64,000 nucleotides of DNA from a virus. Its lineage: Duplodnaviria; Caudoviricetes. The notes under the pieces were generated by a model. The model ran no database searches, was not told the origin of the DNA, and saw only the letters and a list, made by a program, of their open reading frames with translations. Location: positions 23,977 through 87,976 of the IMG/VR virus record IMGVR_UViG_3300034420_000109. One strand, given 5' to 3'. Positions 34,058 to 43,624 of the stretch are shown here, one piece after another (positions within the stretch are counted from its first letter, which is position 1; every line of letters begins with the position of its first letter). The position numbers were made by a program, and so were the translations under genes.

Positions 34058-34134
34058 TGGTGGCGGGGGCTCGATTTGAACGAGCGACCTCTGGCGTATG
34101 AAACCAGCGTTCTACCGGGCTGAACTACCCCGCG
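34058..34134 (-). tRNA. tRNA-Met (CAT), 77 nt with encoded CCA
   Basis: CGCGGGG/CCCCGCC acceptor, GTTC/GAAC D-stem, CTGGT-TTCATAC-GCCAG anticodon arm, GCTCG-TTCAAAT-CGAGC T-arm, ACCA. Confidence 0.95.
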
Positions 34135-34455
34135 CCGAGCGTCCAGGTTAGCGGCGGTGCGCCCCGGCCGCAACCAAAGGTAGGCACCAATTCGCTCCAC
34201 GGCGCCAGAAGCCTTCAGTTCCTCCAGCGCCGCGGTCAGGGCCACCGGGGGGCGCCAGGAAGAGGGCATGGCGGCGCAACCGGCGTGCGGCTGGTGCTTG
34301 GCCCCCCGGAAGACACAGAAGGGCGTGTGCCCGGATCCATCGGGCCCAAGCCGGGCCAGGATGGCGCCCTTTGCTTCGGCCACAGAACAGGATGAAAAAT
34401 CGAAAACAGGAAGCGGAACCGCTGTAGGCATGTAGACCTTTCGGAACTTTCTGGG

Positions 34456-34854
34456 TCAAACGTCCCAGGGGGAGATGGAGGGCCAGATCGACGGGAAGTC
34501 AACCTCGAGGGCGGGGAGGGAGGACCAATCCTCGTCGGGGTTCCGGCGCGCGGTGACGGCCCGGTCCCACCCGCCAGGCTCGGAGGGCACGAAGAACCAC
34601 CCGGACGCCGTGGACACGAGAAGCGCAGCCGGGGACGAGGGATGGGAGTAGGCCCGCAGGTTGATCCGGTGGAGCCGGGCGAATGCGCGCGCCGCGGCGG
34701 CGTGTTTGCCCTTCAAGGCGCGCTGGCCCGTGTAGACCCACCGGAGCCCACGCGCGGTGATGCCGAGCGCGTGGGCCAGGTGGGAGACGCCACGAGCGGC
34801 CTCGATCATGTCCGGCCAGAGCCCAAGGGCGAGGGGAGGACGGCCGCGATTCAT
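34456..34854 (-). CDS. Cro/XRE-like HTH protein
   Basis: GVSHLAHALGITARGLRWVYTG helix-turn-helix. Confidence 0.55.
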   Translation of the reverse strand: MNRGRPPLALGLWPDMIEAARGVSHLAHALGITARGLRWVYTGQRALKGKHAAAARAFARLHRINLRAYSHPSSPAALLVSTASGWFFVPSEPGGWDRAVTARRNPDEDWSSLPALEVDFPSIWPSISPWDV

Positions 34855-35717
34855 GAACCCTCCAGGACGGGGCGCTCGAGCAGGTGGATGAGGTTCTCGG
34901 CGTTACGGTGGACGTTCCGAGCAGAGGACAGGCAGGATTCGAGGAGCGCTCGATGGGCGGCCGTGTCCTTGTTCCACCCGGCCCGCAGGGCACCCTCCAG
35001 GCGCTCAAGATTTCGGGACTCCCAGTTCGAGAGCCCGGTGACTTTCTGGATGACCTTCACGAAGGCCTCGAGGTCGGTAGAGGCATCTGAGGCGCGCGCG
35101 GCCCGGCGTTCGGCCTCTTCGGTGCGGCCCTGGGCCCGGGCGGTCTCCAGTTCCTTTGTGAACATTTTCCGGGCCTCGCCGATCAGCTGATTGGGCGTGA
35201 CCTCAAGCCCGGCGAACTTGAAGAGTTCCGGCGTGACGTCCACCACAATCGGCCGCCGGGCCCGCTCGTTCCAGCGGGTGTCGAGGAGCCGCTTCATCAG
35301 CACGTAGAGGAGCCAGTTCGGCGCCGGAGCGTTCCGGTGGCGGGCCTCCTTCTTCCGAATGAGCCCGGCCGAGGTCAGCTGCAGCCAGCCCCAGCCGTCG
35401 GGGAGTTCATCCGGTCGGAAGATCCCAGAAGGGGCGACGAAGTAGCAGGCCGAGCAGGCCTCCTCCATAGGGCCACGCTTGTCGGGGTCCGCCACTTCCT
35501 GGAGGAAGTCGGCCCGGGAGACCTTCACCTCGAACCCCAGGGGACCACGGGTGCCACCACCCCACATCCGGAGGGCCATGAAGTCAGCCCTCCGGTCGGA
35601 GTTCCTGGGCCCGGACTGGCCGATCAGTGGCTCGTGGACGCAGAACCACTCGGGCGGCAGATACCGACGGTAGAGATGGGCCACGGCGAGCCCGGCGGTG
35701 ACCTTCTCTGGGTTCAT
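34851..35717 (-). CDS. MmcB-like PD-(D/E)XK nuclease
   Basis: RRADFMAL...GFEVKVSRADFLQE...CYFVAP...ELPDGWGWL. Confidence 0.75.
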   Translation of the reverse strand: MNPEKVTAGLAVAHLYRRYLPPEWFCVHEPLIGQSGPRNSDRRADFMALRMWGGGTRGPLGFEVKVSRADFLQEVADPDKRGPMEEACSACYFVAPSGIFRPDELPDGWGWLQLTSAGLIRKKEARHRNAPAPNWLLYVLMKRLLDTRWNERARRPIVVDVTPELFKFAGLEVTPNQLIGEARKMFTKELETARAQGRTEEAERRAARASDASTDLEAFVKVIQKVTGLSNWESRNLERLEGALRAGWNKDTAAHRALLESCLSSARNVHRNAENLIHLLERPVLEGS

Positions 35718-36481
35718 TCGGCGGGGGCTTCTTCGATGGCGGCCGGATCGGTGGCGGCCGGGAGAGAGGGCAGGTGGCTGATGTGGTCCGGGTCGATGTT
35801 GGGGTCCACCTCGCGCAGCAGGCCCGTGAGGACCTTTGCTGCCTGGGCTTCAGGCTCCCGCATCGTTTCCGGGCGCTCCATCTTTTCGCCCATCACGCTC
35901 CGCCAGTCGATGGCGACGAACAGCCGGGCCATGACGGCGCCCAGGGAGTCGAGGGGGATGCGGTAGCCCCGCTGGTAGAACTTGAGGATCCGGAGCATGG
36001 AACCGCCCGCCTCCTCCTCGCGCACGGGGGCGAGATAGACCAGCCGCTTCGCGGCCAGATCGGGATAGAAGTCGTCGTGGACCATCGAGCACCACCCGCC
36101 GGAGGGCCCCCCCTTGGGATCCCACCAGAATGCCGCGCAGGCAATCGAGAAGTCGAAGGACAGCAGGGCGTCGGTGGGGTTCGAGAAGGTCCAGCGGGTG
36201 ATGAACTGGGCCGGGACCGGCCGCAGCTTCACCGTCAGGGCGTTCTCGGTCGTGTGGACCTTGACCCCGCCGCTGGCATTCGCCAGCTGCAGAGCGCAGG
36301 CCCCGCCCGCATCCTTCGAGGGGCACATGATGTCGATGTCCGAGACCTTCTCCCCGGCCACGCAGGCCCGGATGTAGCCGCCAGCGACCATGAGATCGGG
36401 GCGGGCCTTGAGGAGGTCGCGCACCGGGGCTGGAAGGCGGCGGACGCACTGGAGGAGGTCGTGGTGGGAGAGTTCACGCAT
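35714..36481 (-). CDS. Class II nucleotidyltransferase head domain (CCA-adding/poly(A) polymerase-like)
   Basis: VAGGYIRACVAGEKVSDIDIM (GG...DxD) and LLSFDFSI; the 255 aa protein lacks a body/tail region. Confidence 0.75.
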   Translation of the reverse strand: MRELSHHDLLQCVRRLPAPVRDLLKARPDLMVAGGYIRACVAGEKVSDIDIMCPSKDAGGACALQLANASGGVKVHTTENALTVKLRPVPAQFITRWTFSNPTDALLSFDFSIACAAFWWDPKGGPSGGWCSMVHDDFYPDLAAKRLVYLAPVREEEAGGSMLRILKFYQRGYRIPLDSLGAVMARLFVAIDWRSVMGEKMERPETMREPEAQAAKVLTGLLREVDPNIDPDHISHLPSLPAATDPAAIEEAPAE

Positions 36482-36573
36482 GGGCTTTCCTTTGCAGGGG
36501 GTGAAATAAGGGAGAGGCTTATTTTAGTCGGCCTCGGGATTGATTGGACGGATAATACGTTGACGGAGGAAAA

Positions 36574-37212
36574 ATGGGGTCTGCGATTGGAGTGGCGAAG
36601 GTCACGGCAGCGAGGCTTGGAATCAGCCTGGAGGATTACCAGGGGCGTCTCGTGGCGGGCGAGAAGTGGTGCATGCGGTGCGACAGATGGCGGCCACTGG
36701 GAGACTTCGGAGCCGATAGAAGCCGGGGCGACGGGAGAGCGTCAACATGCCACGAGTGCCGAAGGGTGAAGGTGAGGAAGACCACCAAGGGACGAGTCTC
36801 GACCTTCAAGGGCCACAAGCACACCCCGGAGGCCATTGAAGCCATGAGGCAGGCGAGGCTGGGTAAGCCGGGGCCCAAGAAGGGCATTCAGCGGACGGAA
36901 GAGGTCCGACAGAAGATCAGTCGCACCCTTCGAGAGGGCGGCAACGCCGTCACGGGAGAGCAGCATCACGCCTTCAAGGACGGGAAGCTGGCGGAGCGGC
37001 GTGGGATTCGATTCACGGCCGAATACAAGCGATGGCGATACGACGTGTTTACCCGCGATGGGTTCAAATGCCAGCACTGCGGGGACTCGAGGGGAAGGAA
37101 CCTGCAAGCGCACCACATCAAGCCGTTCGCGGACTTCCCAGACCTTCGCTTTGAGACCACCAACGGGCTCACGCTCTGCCGAAAGTGCCACAAAGCCGAA
37201 CACCAGAAGTAG
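36574..37212 (+). mobile_element. HNH homing endonuclease with Zn-ribbon and NUMOD3-like N-terminus
   Basis: CMRC...CHEC; KHTPEAIEAM; CQHCG...AHHIKPFADFPDLRFETTNGLTLCRKCH; antisense to its neighbours. Confidence 0.9.
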
Positions 37213-37245
37213 GTGGGTCCAGGCGATGCCGGAGTTTTCAGCCAT
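37213..37245 (-). pseudogene. 11-codon 5' remnant of a probable DUF5131 (phage Gp37/Gp68) gene
   Basis: The ATG overlaps the upstream gene's stop region and encodes MAENSGIAWTH, ending exactly at the HNH stop codon. Family call is from memory of the MAENSxIxWT N-terminus. Confidence 0.55.
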
Positions 37246-37804
37246 TGGAGGGATCCTCAAGAGTGCCCAGATCGGGAAGGATGGGAGGGATGCCGTCCGG
37301 GAAGGCCTCGCGGGCCAGGGCCTGGACCCCAGCCACGGAGAGCACCTCCCGGCCGTTGACGTTGTAGGACTGGGGCAGGCTCACGGGCTGCACCTTGAGG
37401 GAAGCGCCCAGGTGCTCCAATTCCTGACCCGCAGCCAGCGCCTCGGAAGCCTCCCAGTCGGGCAGCTTGTCGGAGAGCACGAAGCTGGAAACCATGCACT
37501 CGGGCTTGGAGCACCGCCAGAGACGGCCGTTCTGCGACATGGGCCACGAGGGACGGCAGCACACCGGACAGAGCGGGCCGTTCGGTTCGTCCAGCACGGC
37601 CGGGCCAGAGTTCACCGCCGCGTCCCGGTGGCGCTTGAAGACGGCCAGGGCCTCACCGTAGGCCGCCAGCAGTGCCCGGTGGTCCTGCGCATACGACGAA
37701 TCCTGGTGCTGCAGGAGAGACAGGCTGTGCCGGACCCGCCCAACGGCGCGCTCGAGGTCGCGGATCCGCTCGTTCAGAGAGGGGAGGAAGAGAGGGCCGG
37801 TCAT
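37238..37804 (-). CDS. Hypothetical protein with Zn-ribbon
   Basis: CPVCC...WRCSKPEC; coupled into the operon. Confidence 0.55.
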   Translation of the reverse strand: MTGPLFLPSLNERIRDLERAVGRVRHSLSLLQHQDSSYAQDHRALLAAYGEALAVFKRHRDAAVNSGPAVLDEPNGPLCPVCCRPSWPMSQNGRLWRCSKPECMVSSFVLSDKLPDWEASEALAAGQELEHLGASLKVQPVSLPQSYNVNGREVLSVAGVQALAREAFPDGIPPILPDLGTLEDPSNG

Positions 37805-38016
37805 GGCAGTTCCTCGACGGTGACCCGGTAGCGGCGGCCGACAGTGGGAATGAAAGCCGGGACACCGGGAGGGTTGCGGAACCCCTTCTGGGGGAGTTCG
37901 ACCGAGAAGCTGATGTCGTCGGTCCAGACCGAGACGATGCCCTTCAGACCGGCCGGAGCCTTGGCCTCAGCCTCGAAAGAGAAGGGGGGGCGACAGGGGG
38001 GAGGCTTGCGGGCCAT
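37801..38016 (-). CDS. Hypothetical protein
   Basis: TGATG-type coupling at 38016; MARKPPP... Confidence 0.45.
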   Translation of the reverse strand: MARKPPPCRPPFSFEAEAKAPAGLKGIVSVWTDDISFSVELPQKGFRNPPGVPAFIPTVGRRYRVTVEELP

Positions 38017-38435
38017 CAGACCTCCCGTGCCAACTCGGCGTCCACGGCCGCCAGGGTGGCCGCGAATCGCTGAACGACGGCATCCCGAACCGCCAAGAGG
38101 GCGTGCTTCCGGGAGTAGTAGAAGACGCCGGGACCCTGAACCCAACAGGTGGCGCGCAGCCCCGTCGAATCGACGGACGTCGCGTGAGACGAGCACCCGC
38201 GCCGGAGCCCGGGGCCGACACAGGCGTGGACAGAACCACCGCAAGGCCCCCCGATGAGGGTCAAGACGTGGTAGGGGTTCGCCCACCAGATCCCGCCGTG
38301 AACCGTGCTCCCACCGGCATTGTCCAAGGGGACCTGCGGGGGGACATGGAGGGTGAGGTCACGCAGAGCGGTCGCCTGGGCCAGCCGGGCCCGGAGATCC
38401 GCAACATCGGCAAGTTCCTTCTTCGACATGGCCAT
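38016..38435 (-). CDS. Hypothetical protein
   Basis: RBS aaggagg before ATG 38435; MAMSKKELADV... Confidence 0.55.
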   Translation of the reverse strand: MAMSKKELADVADLRARLAQATALRDLTLHVPPQVPLDNAGGSTVHGGIWWANPYHVLTLIGGPCGGSVHACVGPGLRRGCSSHATSVDSTGLRATCWVQGPGVFYYSRKHALLAVRDAVVQRFAATLAAVDAELAREV

Positions 38436-38457
38436 AAGGGCCTCCTTTGCAGGGGTG

Positions 38458-38486
38458 AATTTAGGAACATTTTCGACCCCGTGCAA
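38458..38486 (-). promoter_or_regulatory. Sigma70-type promoter for the leftward early operon
   Basis: TTGCAC-N17-TAAATT with an A-rich tract upstream. Confidence 0.5.
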
Positions 38487-38676
38487 GTTCTTTCTTTTTG
38501 AGGGGGAGCGCGAGGGAGGGAATCGGATTAAACTGTGGGCCCCGACAAACCCAGGAGTAGCGCGATGATTCGAGCGTTTCAGGCACCAGGCGACACCAGG
38601 TGGCACAAGAAAGGGGCGGGCGAGGGGTTGAAAAAAGATCGAAACCGGCGAAGCTGATCCCTGCAAAGGAGGGACC

Positions 38677-40386
38677 GTGGACCGCACCCAAGCGATCCGC
38701 GCAATCAGGGACGCCGCCGATCTGCCAGCACTGTGCCAGGAGACGATCAAGCTCCGGAAACAAGGCACGGGATGGATGGGTGGCCCCTGCCCCGCACACG
38801 GCGGGGGATCGCGGACACCATGCATCTCAGTCCAACCCGACAAGGGGACGTGGCACTGCTTCAGCTGCGGGGAGGGCGGGGATGCCTTCGACTGGCTCTC
38901 GACGGTCCACGGGATGGACTTCGAGACGGCCCTGGAGGAGATGAGCCGCCGGACGGGAATCGATCTACCCCCCCGAGAGCAGCGCCAGCAGGCCCCGGGG
39001 GAAGAACGCGCCGTCCAAGCCCTCCAGGCAGCCCAGGACTTCTACGAGGCCAGCCTGCACGAGAACTACGAGGCACGGGCCTACCTCGAGGAGCGCGGGA
39101 TCACCTTCGCGGTCGCCCAGGAGGAGGGGATCGGATACGCCCCGGCCGGGTGGGACCCCACCATCCAGCACCTGCAGGGCGTCGGGTTCCGGCCGGACCT
39201 GCTCGAGGCGGCCGGGCTCGCATCCAGGAGCCAGCGGGGGACCATGATCGACTTCCTGCGCGACCGGATCACGGTGCCTATCCGGGACACCCGCGGCCGG
39301 GTGATCGCCTTCGGGGGCCGGGTGATGCCAGGCGCCCCGCCGGATGCGCCCAAATACATGAACACAAAGGAAACCCCGCTCTTTCGGAAGTCCGACGTGG
39401 TGTTCCACCTGCACCGGGCGAAGGGCTTCCTGCGGGCCAGCGGGGCGGTTCTGGTGGAAGGCTACTTTGACGCGATCAGCCTATGCGCCCACGGGGTCCA
39501 GGAGGCGGTTGCCCCCCTGGGGACCGCGCTCACGGAGGGCCACCTGCAGGCGCTGAGGCGGTGGACGAACCGGCTGACGCTCATCATGGACGGGGACGAC
39601 GCGGGCCAGCTGGCGACCCACAAGGCGCTGAAGCTGGCCCTTCCCGCGGGGTTCGAGGTTCGGATCCTCACGCTTCCCATGGAGCACGACCCTGACACCT
39701 GGGCGCGAGAGATGGGGACCCGGACGAAGACGGCCATCACGGCGGCGCCGGACTGGGCCACCTTCGCCCTGGACCGGGCCAAGGCAGGGAAGGACCTGCG
39801 CCGAATGGAGGACCGGCTGGCCGCAGCCCACGAGGTCGCGGAATGGATCTCATACCTTCCTGGGCCCAGACGCGAAGAGGTGGCGATGGCGGCAGCGATG
39901 GACCTCAAGGTGCCACCGCAAAGCCTGAAGCCAGCCGAGGCCACGAAGGGGGAACAGAGGGCGCCCAAGGCCCCAACGCGGCCCGTAACCCAACCGGACG
40001 ACGCGGTGGGCGCGATGATCGCCATGGCGGCCAAGAAGGGCCCCTACCTGGACTGGATCCACAACATCCCGGAGGGGTGGTGGACCTGGAGAGAGGGGGC
40101 AGGGGTGCTGGAAACCATCCTGGACATGGGGGGCGAGACCGAGGGGATGGATAAGGTGGCCCAGGCCATCGTCCGCGGGGCATGCGCGAAAGAGCAGGCC
40201 ACCGGGCAGGTGGACCCCAAGCGGCTGCAGGTCCGACTCGAGCGGGAATTCATCCAGAGGGAAACCGCGATGCTGATCCAGCAGCTGGCAAAATCGGCAG
40301 GAGACCAGGGGCAGATCGCGGCATACCAGCAGAACCTTGTAGAACTCCGCGCGCGCATGGCGCGCATCACCAGGGGGGGGCGATGA
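38677..40386 (+). CDS. dnaG: DnaG-type DNA primase
   Basis: CHC2 Zn finger CPAH...HCFSC; RITVPI...IAFGGR; KYMNTKETPLF; TOPRIM VEGYFD and MDGDDAG. Confidence 0.95.
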   Translation: MDRTQAIRAIRDAADLPALCQETIKLRKQGTGWMGGPCPAHGGGSRTPCISVQPDKGTWHCFSCGEGGDAFDWLSTVHGMDFETALEEMSRRTGIDLPPREQRQQAPGEERAVQALQAAQDFYEASLHENYEARAYLEERGITFAVAQEEGIGYAPAGWDPTIQHLQGVGFRPDLLEAAGLASRSQRGTMIDFLRDRITVPIRDTRGRVIAFGGRVMPGAPPDAPKYMNTKETPLFRKSDVVFHLHRAKGFLRASGAVLVEGYFDAISLCAHGVQEAVAPLGTALTEGHLQALRRWTNRLTLIMDGDDAGQLATHKALKLALPAGFEVRILTLPMEHDPDTWAREMGTRTKTAITAAPDWATFALDRAKAGKDLRRMEDRLAAAHEVAEWISYLPGPRREEVAMAAAMDLKVPPQSLKPAEATKGEQRAPKAPTRPVTQPDDAVGAMIAMAAKKGPYLDWIHNIPEGWWTWREGAGVLETILDMGGETEGMDKVAQAIVRGACAKEQATGQVDPKRLQVRLEREFIQRETAMLIQQLAKSAGDQGQIAAYQQNLVELRARMARITRGGR

Positions 40387-40727
40387 GCCACCTGACCAAG
40401 TTCCAGAAGAACGTCCTCGACGCCGTCTACGCCATCTGCGCGGAGACCGGCCGGGCCGCCACCATCAAAGAGGTGGCCATCCACCTGAACCTCGGCATCA
40501 CCACGGTCTGGAAGCACACCGAGGCGCTGAGGGCCCAGGGCCTGCTGCTGAGGGGGAGGGGCCTGCAGCCCGGGAACGGGCGCTACGGGGAGGGGTGGAA
40601 GAAGGGCGTGGCCTACGCCGCCAGCGAGGCCGAGCGCGTCCTGGTGGAGAACCACGCGGAGCCGCAGCTGGTGAAGGCGGTCCATGAGGCCATGGTGGAC
40701 GCGCAGAGCGCCGGGGGTGGGGAATGA
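40383..40727 (+). CDS. LexA-like winged-HTH DNA-binding protein without a peptidase domain
   Basis: MSHLTKFQKNVLDAV...AATIKEVAIHLNLGITTVWKHTEALRAQGLL. Confidence 0.7.
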   Translation: MSHLTKFQKNVLDAVYAICAETGRAATIKEVAIHLNLGITTVWKHTEALRAQGLLLRGRGLQPGNGRYGEGWKKGVAYAASEAERVLVENHAEPQLVKAVHEAMVDAQSAGGGE

Positions 40728-41587
40728 GGGCCGGGCCAGCGCTTAGGGTTGGGGACCGCGTGACCTTCGTGAACGACCAGGGGTGCGAGTTTCCCGGGAA
40801 GACCCTCACCGAGATCCGCCGCGAGCAGGACAACGGCGGCCGGGACTATTTCTATAGCCCCAGCAGCAGCCCGTGGTTCGGGGCGCGCCGAGACCAGCTG
40901 CGGCTAGAGTCCGAACACGTTCCGGGAGCCGGAACCATCACCCCAGGAACGGCGCGGCCCCGCGCCTCCTGTCCAAGAGCCGGAGGCTCCGATGACCGTC
41001 TATCACACCCCGAAAAACGAGCCATGCGACCTCTGCCCCTCCCCAGCAACCATCCAGAGCGAGGACATGGACGGAAGCATCGCTTCGACCCTCTGCGCCG
41101 CCTGTTACCGCAAGGTCAACCGCCGCGAACCTCCCACCCCATTCCGCGCATAGCGCACCTGTCCACTGGAGGACGCATGGGAACCCAAGCCAAAGCACCC
41201 ATCGGGAGCCGCTGGAAGGATGCCCAAGGGCGAATCTGGAAGGTCATCGAGCGCAAGCCCTTCGGGGTGATCGACCTCAAGCGCGAGGACCGCGCCATCT
41301 TCTGCGACACCCGCCTGTCCGACCTTTTGAAAACCCACACCCCAGCCGAGTGAGGCTGTCCATCCTCGGAGGCTTCCTTGAGGCACCATGAAACCCTGCG
41401 CCGGATCGCCCGCGAACAGCGCAACCGAGCCGATCTGCTGGAGCAATCCCTCCGGGAGTGCGTCCTTGAGCTTCGCCACACGAACCAGCAGCTACTCCAT
41501 GAAGGCTACAACGAGGGCATGACCGTGACCAACGCCCTCGCCAAAGCCGACGCCATCCTCAATCCGTGAGCATCGAGGAGCCCGCCG

Positions 41588-41971
41588 ATGCACTGCCCAG
41601 CCTGCAACTCCCAGCGCCCCGGCACCACCTGCTGGAAGTGCGGGACCGCCACCGTCGAGCCGTGCGATGGATGGGAATACCCGGACCTCCCGCCGGTTGA
41701 CCGCATCCGCGCGCTTGCTCGAGAGGTCGGATACGCCATCGGCGAACACGGGTCGAAAGAGCGCGACCTGGACATCATCGCCGCACCGTGGACGGAGAAC
41801 GCCGTCGGGAACCACGACCTGATCCTCCACATCGCCGAAGGCCTGGGGGCCAAGGTGGTGGGCCTCGAGAGGAAGCCGCTCGGGCGCTACGCCGCCACCC
41901 TCCAGATGGACGGGTGGTGGAAGCCTATCGATATTTCCGTCGCGCCCCGCGTGACCCAGGAGCCACGGTGA
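41588..41971 (+). CDS. Hypothetical protein with N-terminal Zn-ribbon
   Basis: CPAC...CWKC; RBS gaggag. Confidence 0.55.
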   Translation: MHCPACNSQRPGTTCWKCGTATVEPCDGWEYPDLPPVDRIRALAREVGYAIGEHGSKERDLDIIAAPWTENAVGNHDLILHIAEGLGAKVVGLERKPLGRYAATLQMDGWWKPIDISVAPRVTQEPR

Positions 41972-42723
41972 AGCAGACCCCTCTCACCCGCAAGGCGGGC
42001 CTCGGCCGGAAGACGGAACTGAAGGCTCACGCATTCAAGGAACGGCGGCCGTCGAAGAAGTCCCGCCAGGATGGCGTCCGGCCGCGGGCCAAGAAGCTGG
42101 CGCGCCCCAAGCGGTCCTACACCCGAGTGCGCCAGATTCCCACCACCCCGGCCGAGGCCATCCACAAGAACCGCGTGGTGCGACTGGGGTGCTGGTGCTG
42201 CAGGAAAGAAGGCGTGGCCCAGGTCGGCCCAACCAAGCTGCACCACATCCGGGCAGGCTACGGGGGCAGCCAGCGCGCGTCGAACTGGGAGGTCATTCCC
42301 CTGTGCGAGGGACACCACCAGGGCATGCTGGCCCCGGTGGACCCGCTGAAGCTGGCGTTCCACAAGGCCCCGCGGACCTGGCAGGCCCGCTACGGGACAG
42401 AGGTGGAGATCCTCGAGGCCACCTGGGCGGCCATGGGGCTCGATATCGAGGACCTGCCCCAGCGGCGGCGCGAGAGCGGATACGCCGAAAAGAACGCACT
42501 GCCCCCCTGGTGGGACGCATGGAAGCGGAACCAGGAACACCCCCACATCCCCGAGGCCGCAAAGCGCGTCCTCATCGACCCCATTGGAGCTACCGTGAAC
42601 GGTTTCGTCGGCCCCTTCCTTGTCGGATTCGCCACCTGTGGCGGCCTCTTGCTGATCCTCGGCCTGGGGGTCTGGATCGGCATCCAGGTCGCCACGAAGA
42701 AGAAGGGCACCCCCCAAGGTTGA
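41968..42723 (+). CDS. Ref/DUF968-like HNH nuclease with C-terminal hydrophobic segment
   Basis: GCWCC...KLHHIRAGYGGSQRASNWEVIPLCEGHH; GTG start coupled at 41968. Confidence 0.65.
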   Translation: MKQTPLTRKAGLGRKTELKAHAFKERRPSKKSRQDGVRPRAKKLARPKRSYTRVRQIPTTPAEAIHKNRVVRLGCWCCRKEGVAQVGPTKLHHIRAGYGGSQRASNWEVIPLCEGHHQGMLAPVDPLKLAFHKAPRTWQARYGTEVEILEATWAAMGLDIEDLPQRRRESGYAEKNALPPWWDAWKRNQEHPHIPEAAKRVLIDPIGATVNGFVGPFLVGFATCGGLLLILGLGVWIGIQVATKKKGTPQG

Positions 42724-42750
42724 CCGTTTCGGGCAATCACCCATAATGGG
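42720..42750 (+). promoter_or_regulatory. Promoter TTGACC-N16-CATAAT-GGG
   Basis: 42720-42725 and 42742-42747; same layout as the HDAC promoter. Confidence 0.65.
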
Positions 42751-42788
42751 CACCACGGGCAACCCGCCCAATCGCAAAGGAGCCGCCT

Positions 42789-43346
42789 ATGAGCGACACC
42801 CCCATCCCTCCCGTCCCTGACAGCCAGGGGGAGGAGCCCCAGAACATCACGCCGTTCCCGGCCGCAGCGGACCTCGGGCCCGAGCACGACGCCCCGCCCA
42901 CCCAGGAGGTCAAGCCGACCGAGACCGTCACCCTGGACGACCGCATCCTCCGCCTCGGCGACAGCGGCCGGGCGCTTTACGACCTTATCGATGGCGTCCT
43001 GCAGAGCCTCGAGTCGATTCCCGCTCCGGCCCCCGTCCTCGCCGCCAGCTTCGGAGCGGTGTTCCAGGCAGAGGGCGGGTCCTTCGGATGCGTGGCCTCG
43101 GAGTTCGGCAACGACATCATCCTCAAGGGCCTCAGCGGGACCATGACCGAGCAGCGAGCCTTGAGCAATCAGCGCAGGGACCGCGCGCGCTCCATGCCGA
43201 ACCTCGCGGAGATGCTCGGGGCCCTCCGCGCCCAGGGGCTCAAGGGGCCCGTCGAGTTCACCACCGGGGGAACCTGCGGGGACCCCGCGTGCCCCGACTG
43301 CAGCGCCGCCGCCAGCGGGCCCGCCACGCCCCTACCGGGGGAGTGA
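42789..43346 (+). CDS. Hypothetical protein
   Basis: RBS aaggag; C-terminal CGDPACPDC. Confidence 0.6.
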   Translation: MSDTPIPPVPDSQGEEPQNITPFPAAADLGPEHDAPPTQEVKPTETVTLDDRILRLGDSGRALYDLIDGVLQSLESIPAPAPVLAASFGAVFQAEGGSFGCVASEFGNDIILKGLSGTMTEQRALSNQRRDRARSMPNLAEMLGALRAQGLKGPVEFTTGGTCGDPACPDCSAAASGPATPLPGE

Positions 43347-43402
43347 CCACGACGCCGCACCAGGGGAGGGACCAACCCTCCCCTGGCTCTCTGGAGCCGC
43401 TC

Positions 43403-43624
43403 ATGAAGAAAAATACCCCCACCGCCATCGACGAACTGGCATCCCGCGCCGGGAGCGTGACCGAACTCCGCAGGATCATGGGGGACGTGCCATGGTCCAC
43501 CATTGGCCGGTGGAACAAGGCGTTGCGGGAAGGTCGGCCCATTCCCAGGTCCGCCAAGTTCGCCATTCAGGCAGCGGAAGACGCCATCGCCAAGAAGGAG
43601 AAGGAAAACCATGCTCACCCCTGA
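43403..43624 (+). CDS. Cro-like HTH protein
   Basis: AGSVTELRRIMGDVPWSTIGRW. Confidence 0.55.
   Translation: MKKNTPTAIDELASRAGSVTELRRIMGDVPWSTIGRWNKALREGRPIPRSAKFAIQAAEDAIAKKEKENHAHP

Noticed and set aside
34042-34431. 129-aa ORF running through the tRNA-Met
   Set aside because: Its 3' third is the tRNA itself and there is no clear RBS; a short wHTH-like segment is possible but unsupported.
36488-38672. CCCTGCAAAGGA repeated three times as an operator
   Set aside because: Each copy (about 36490, 38445 and 38660) contains the Shine-Dalgarno of the next gene, and GCAAAGGAG precedes other genes too, so it is best explained as an RBS context.
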